This document shows, piece after piece, positions 62,950-64,000 of a stretch of DNA of 64,000 bases. Position numbers and translations under genes: made by a program. The notes under the pieces are model-generated. The model was not told where the DNA came from and did not search any database. It was given only the letters and a program-made list of their open reading frames with translations. The stretch's first letter is position 1. The number at the start of each line of letters is the position of its first letter. Source of the DNA: Podospora anserina (Eukaryota); NCBI GenBank assembly GCA_017654855.1, contig CM030332.1, positions 5,022,001-5,086,000 on the forward strand, written 5' to 3'.

Positions 62950-63693
62950 ATGTTCTGTGGCCTTCCTCACCACCACCACACCAGTCATCGAGCCCTCCGC
63001 AGTTTCCGGAGTCACAACCGTCTTAGAAGCGAAGCTGCCTCACATTCAACCATGCACTTCCGTCACCACCACAGCCAGCCGAGCAGTGCCAGCTCGCTGG
63101 CCAGATCCTCCATGGAGTCCTCATCATCTTCAGTATCACGACCTTCAACGAGCGGGGGAAAATCAGAACTTTCAGTCGACTGGGACCCGCTCCGTCTTCA
63201 CCCACCTCTTGCCTGCGCCCCGGTTCCACATCTTCCCGAGGAGACGTCCAGCAGACGATATCAACCCCACGAGCTAAGGCAAGCTCGATCTATGCACAAT
63301 CTCCGAGCCCAACAACACAACAACCACACATCCCGGCACAACCACCAAGCCTCAACAGCAACTGTTATCTATGGGGGATTTGACTTTGGGTTCGACAATA
63401 GTAGAAGCCATCAGACCTCGGCCAGAAGACCACCCTCACCAACGCCAAGCACTGCTTCGGATGCCTCATCACTGGACGGCACTCGGGATGCCGAGGAGTG
63501 GGGCGATAACTTCATCGTTACGCCCCTCCCGGCCCCGCGCCGTCGCCCCCACCCTCAACACACCCCCGGACAACCGGCCGCCCTGTCCGAGGCCGAGAAT
63601 TTTATCAAGAGGGGCGGCTGGAAAAGACGAGGAATCGTCTTTGTGAGCGACACACCTGCTCTGGCTCCTGAGGAAGAGACTTGGGAGGTCTAA
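62950..63693 (+). CDS. Conserved hypothetical low-complexity fungal protein
   Basis: 247-aa ATG ORF, Ser/His-rich, with motif-like blocks DWDPLRLHP and FIKRGGWKRRGIVF. Followed by a T-rich 3' UTR. Confidence 0.7.
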   Translation: MFCGLPHHHHTSHRALRSFRSHNRLRSEAASHSTMHFRHHHSQPSSASSLARSSMESSSSSVSRPSTSGGKSELSVDWDPLRLHPPLACAPVPHLPEETSSRRYQPHELRQARSMHNLRAQQHNNHTSRHNHQASTATVIYGGFDFGFDNSRSHQTSARRPPSPTPSTASDASSLDGTRDAEEWGDNFIVTPLPAPRRRPHPQHTPGQPAALSEAENFIKRGGWKRRGIVFVSDTPALAPEEETWEV

Positions 63694-64000
63694 ACAATCT
63701 TTCTTTCAGCTCACTGTACCATCATCGACTATACTATTTTCTCTTTTGTCTTCCCTCTGTACACTTTTAATTTCCTTTTTCCACATGTACATGACCCAAA
63801 GCGGGTCTTTTCTGCATCTTAGCCGGCGTTGGGTATTTTTTTTGAGGCTTTTTGGGTCAAGGAATGGGTCACCATCAGTTGGTCAGGACATCGACTGGGC
63901 CCTTCATCGAAAGATTGGTCATGTCATTTGTGCATTTGGATGGAGTTTCATACATCACTCGAGATACCACTTTTTTTGTTACATTTTTCTTTGGATATGG

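Overview
Eukaryotic DNA from a filamentous ascomycete. Short spliceosomal introns with CTRAC branch sites, strong RIP and the gene set point to Sordariales, possibly Podospora-like (inference). Two gene-rich, GC-balanced arms flank a sharply bounded, ~26.4-kb AT-rich RIP-mutated island (~9.4-35.8 kb). Left arm: HAD-IIA hydrolase, intron-containing tRNA-Pro(AGG), OPT oligopeptide transporter and molybdopterin synthase catalytic subunit. Right arm: RBM5/10-like G-patch RNA-binding protein, SNF2-RING helicase, NPP1-like ectonucleotide pyrophosphatase, GNAT acetyltransferase, RPL14, EGD2/NAC-alpha, ATP7, COX16 and a conserved hypothetical gene. The island resolves into nested LTR retrotransposons, several with readable target-site duplications (TSDs). 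It holds two oppositely oriented chromodomain Gypsy elements, a truncated Copia, a gag+protease-only LTR element with a tRNA-Gln-like primer site, and several solo LTRs. It is a candidate centromere or heterochromatin block. Most unusual signals: (1) both Gypsy copies carry a RIP-masked antisense ORF with Zn2Cys6-like cysteine spacing plus a coiled coil; (2) the island is roughly mirror-symmetric and bracketed by a ~39-bp inverted repeat; (3) two related 21-nt-periodic arrays flank the last exon of the SNF2 gene. Family labels A-E are my own. All de-RIPed translations are manual reconstructions.
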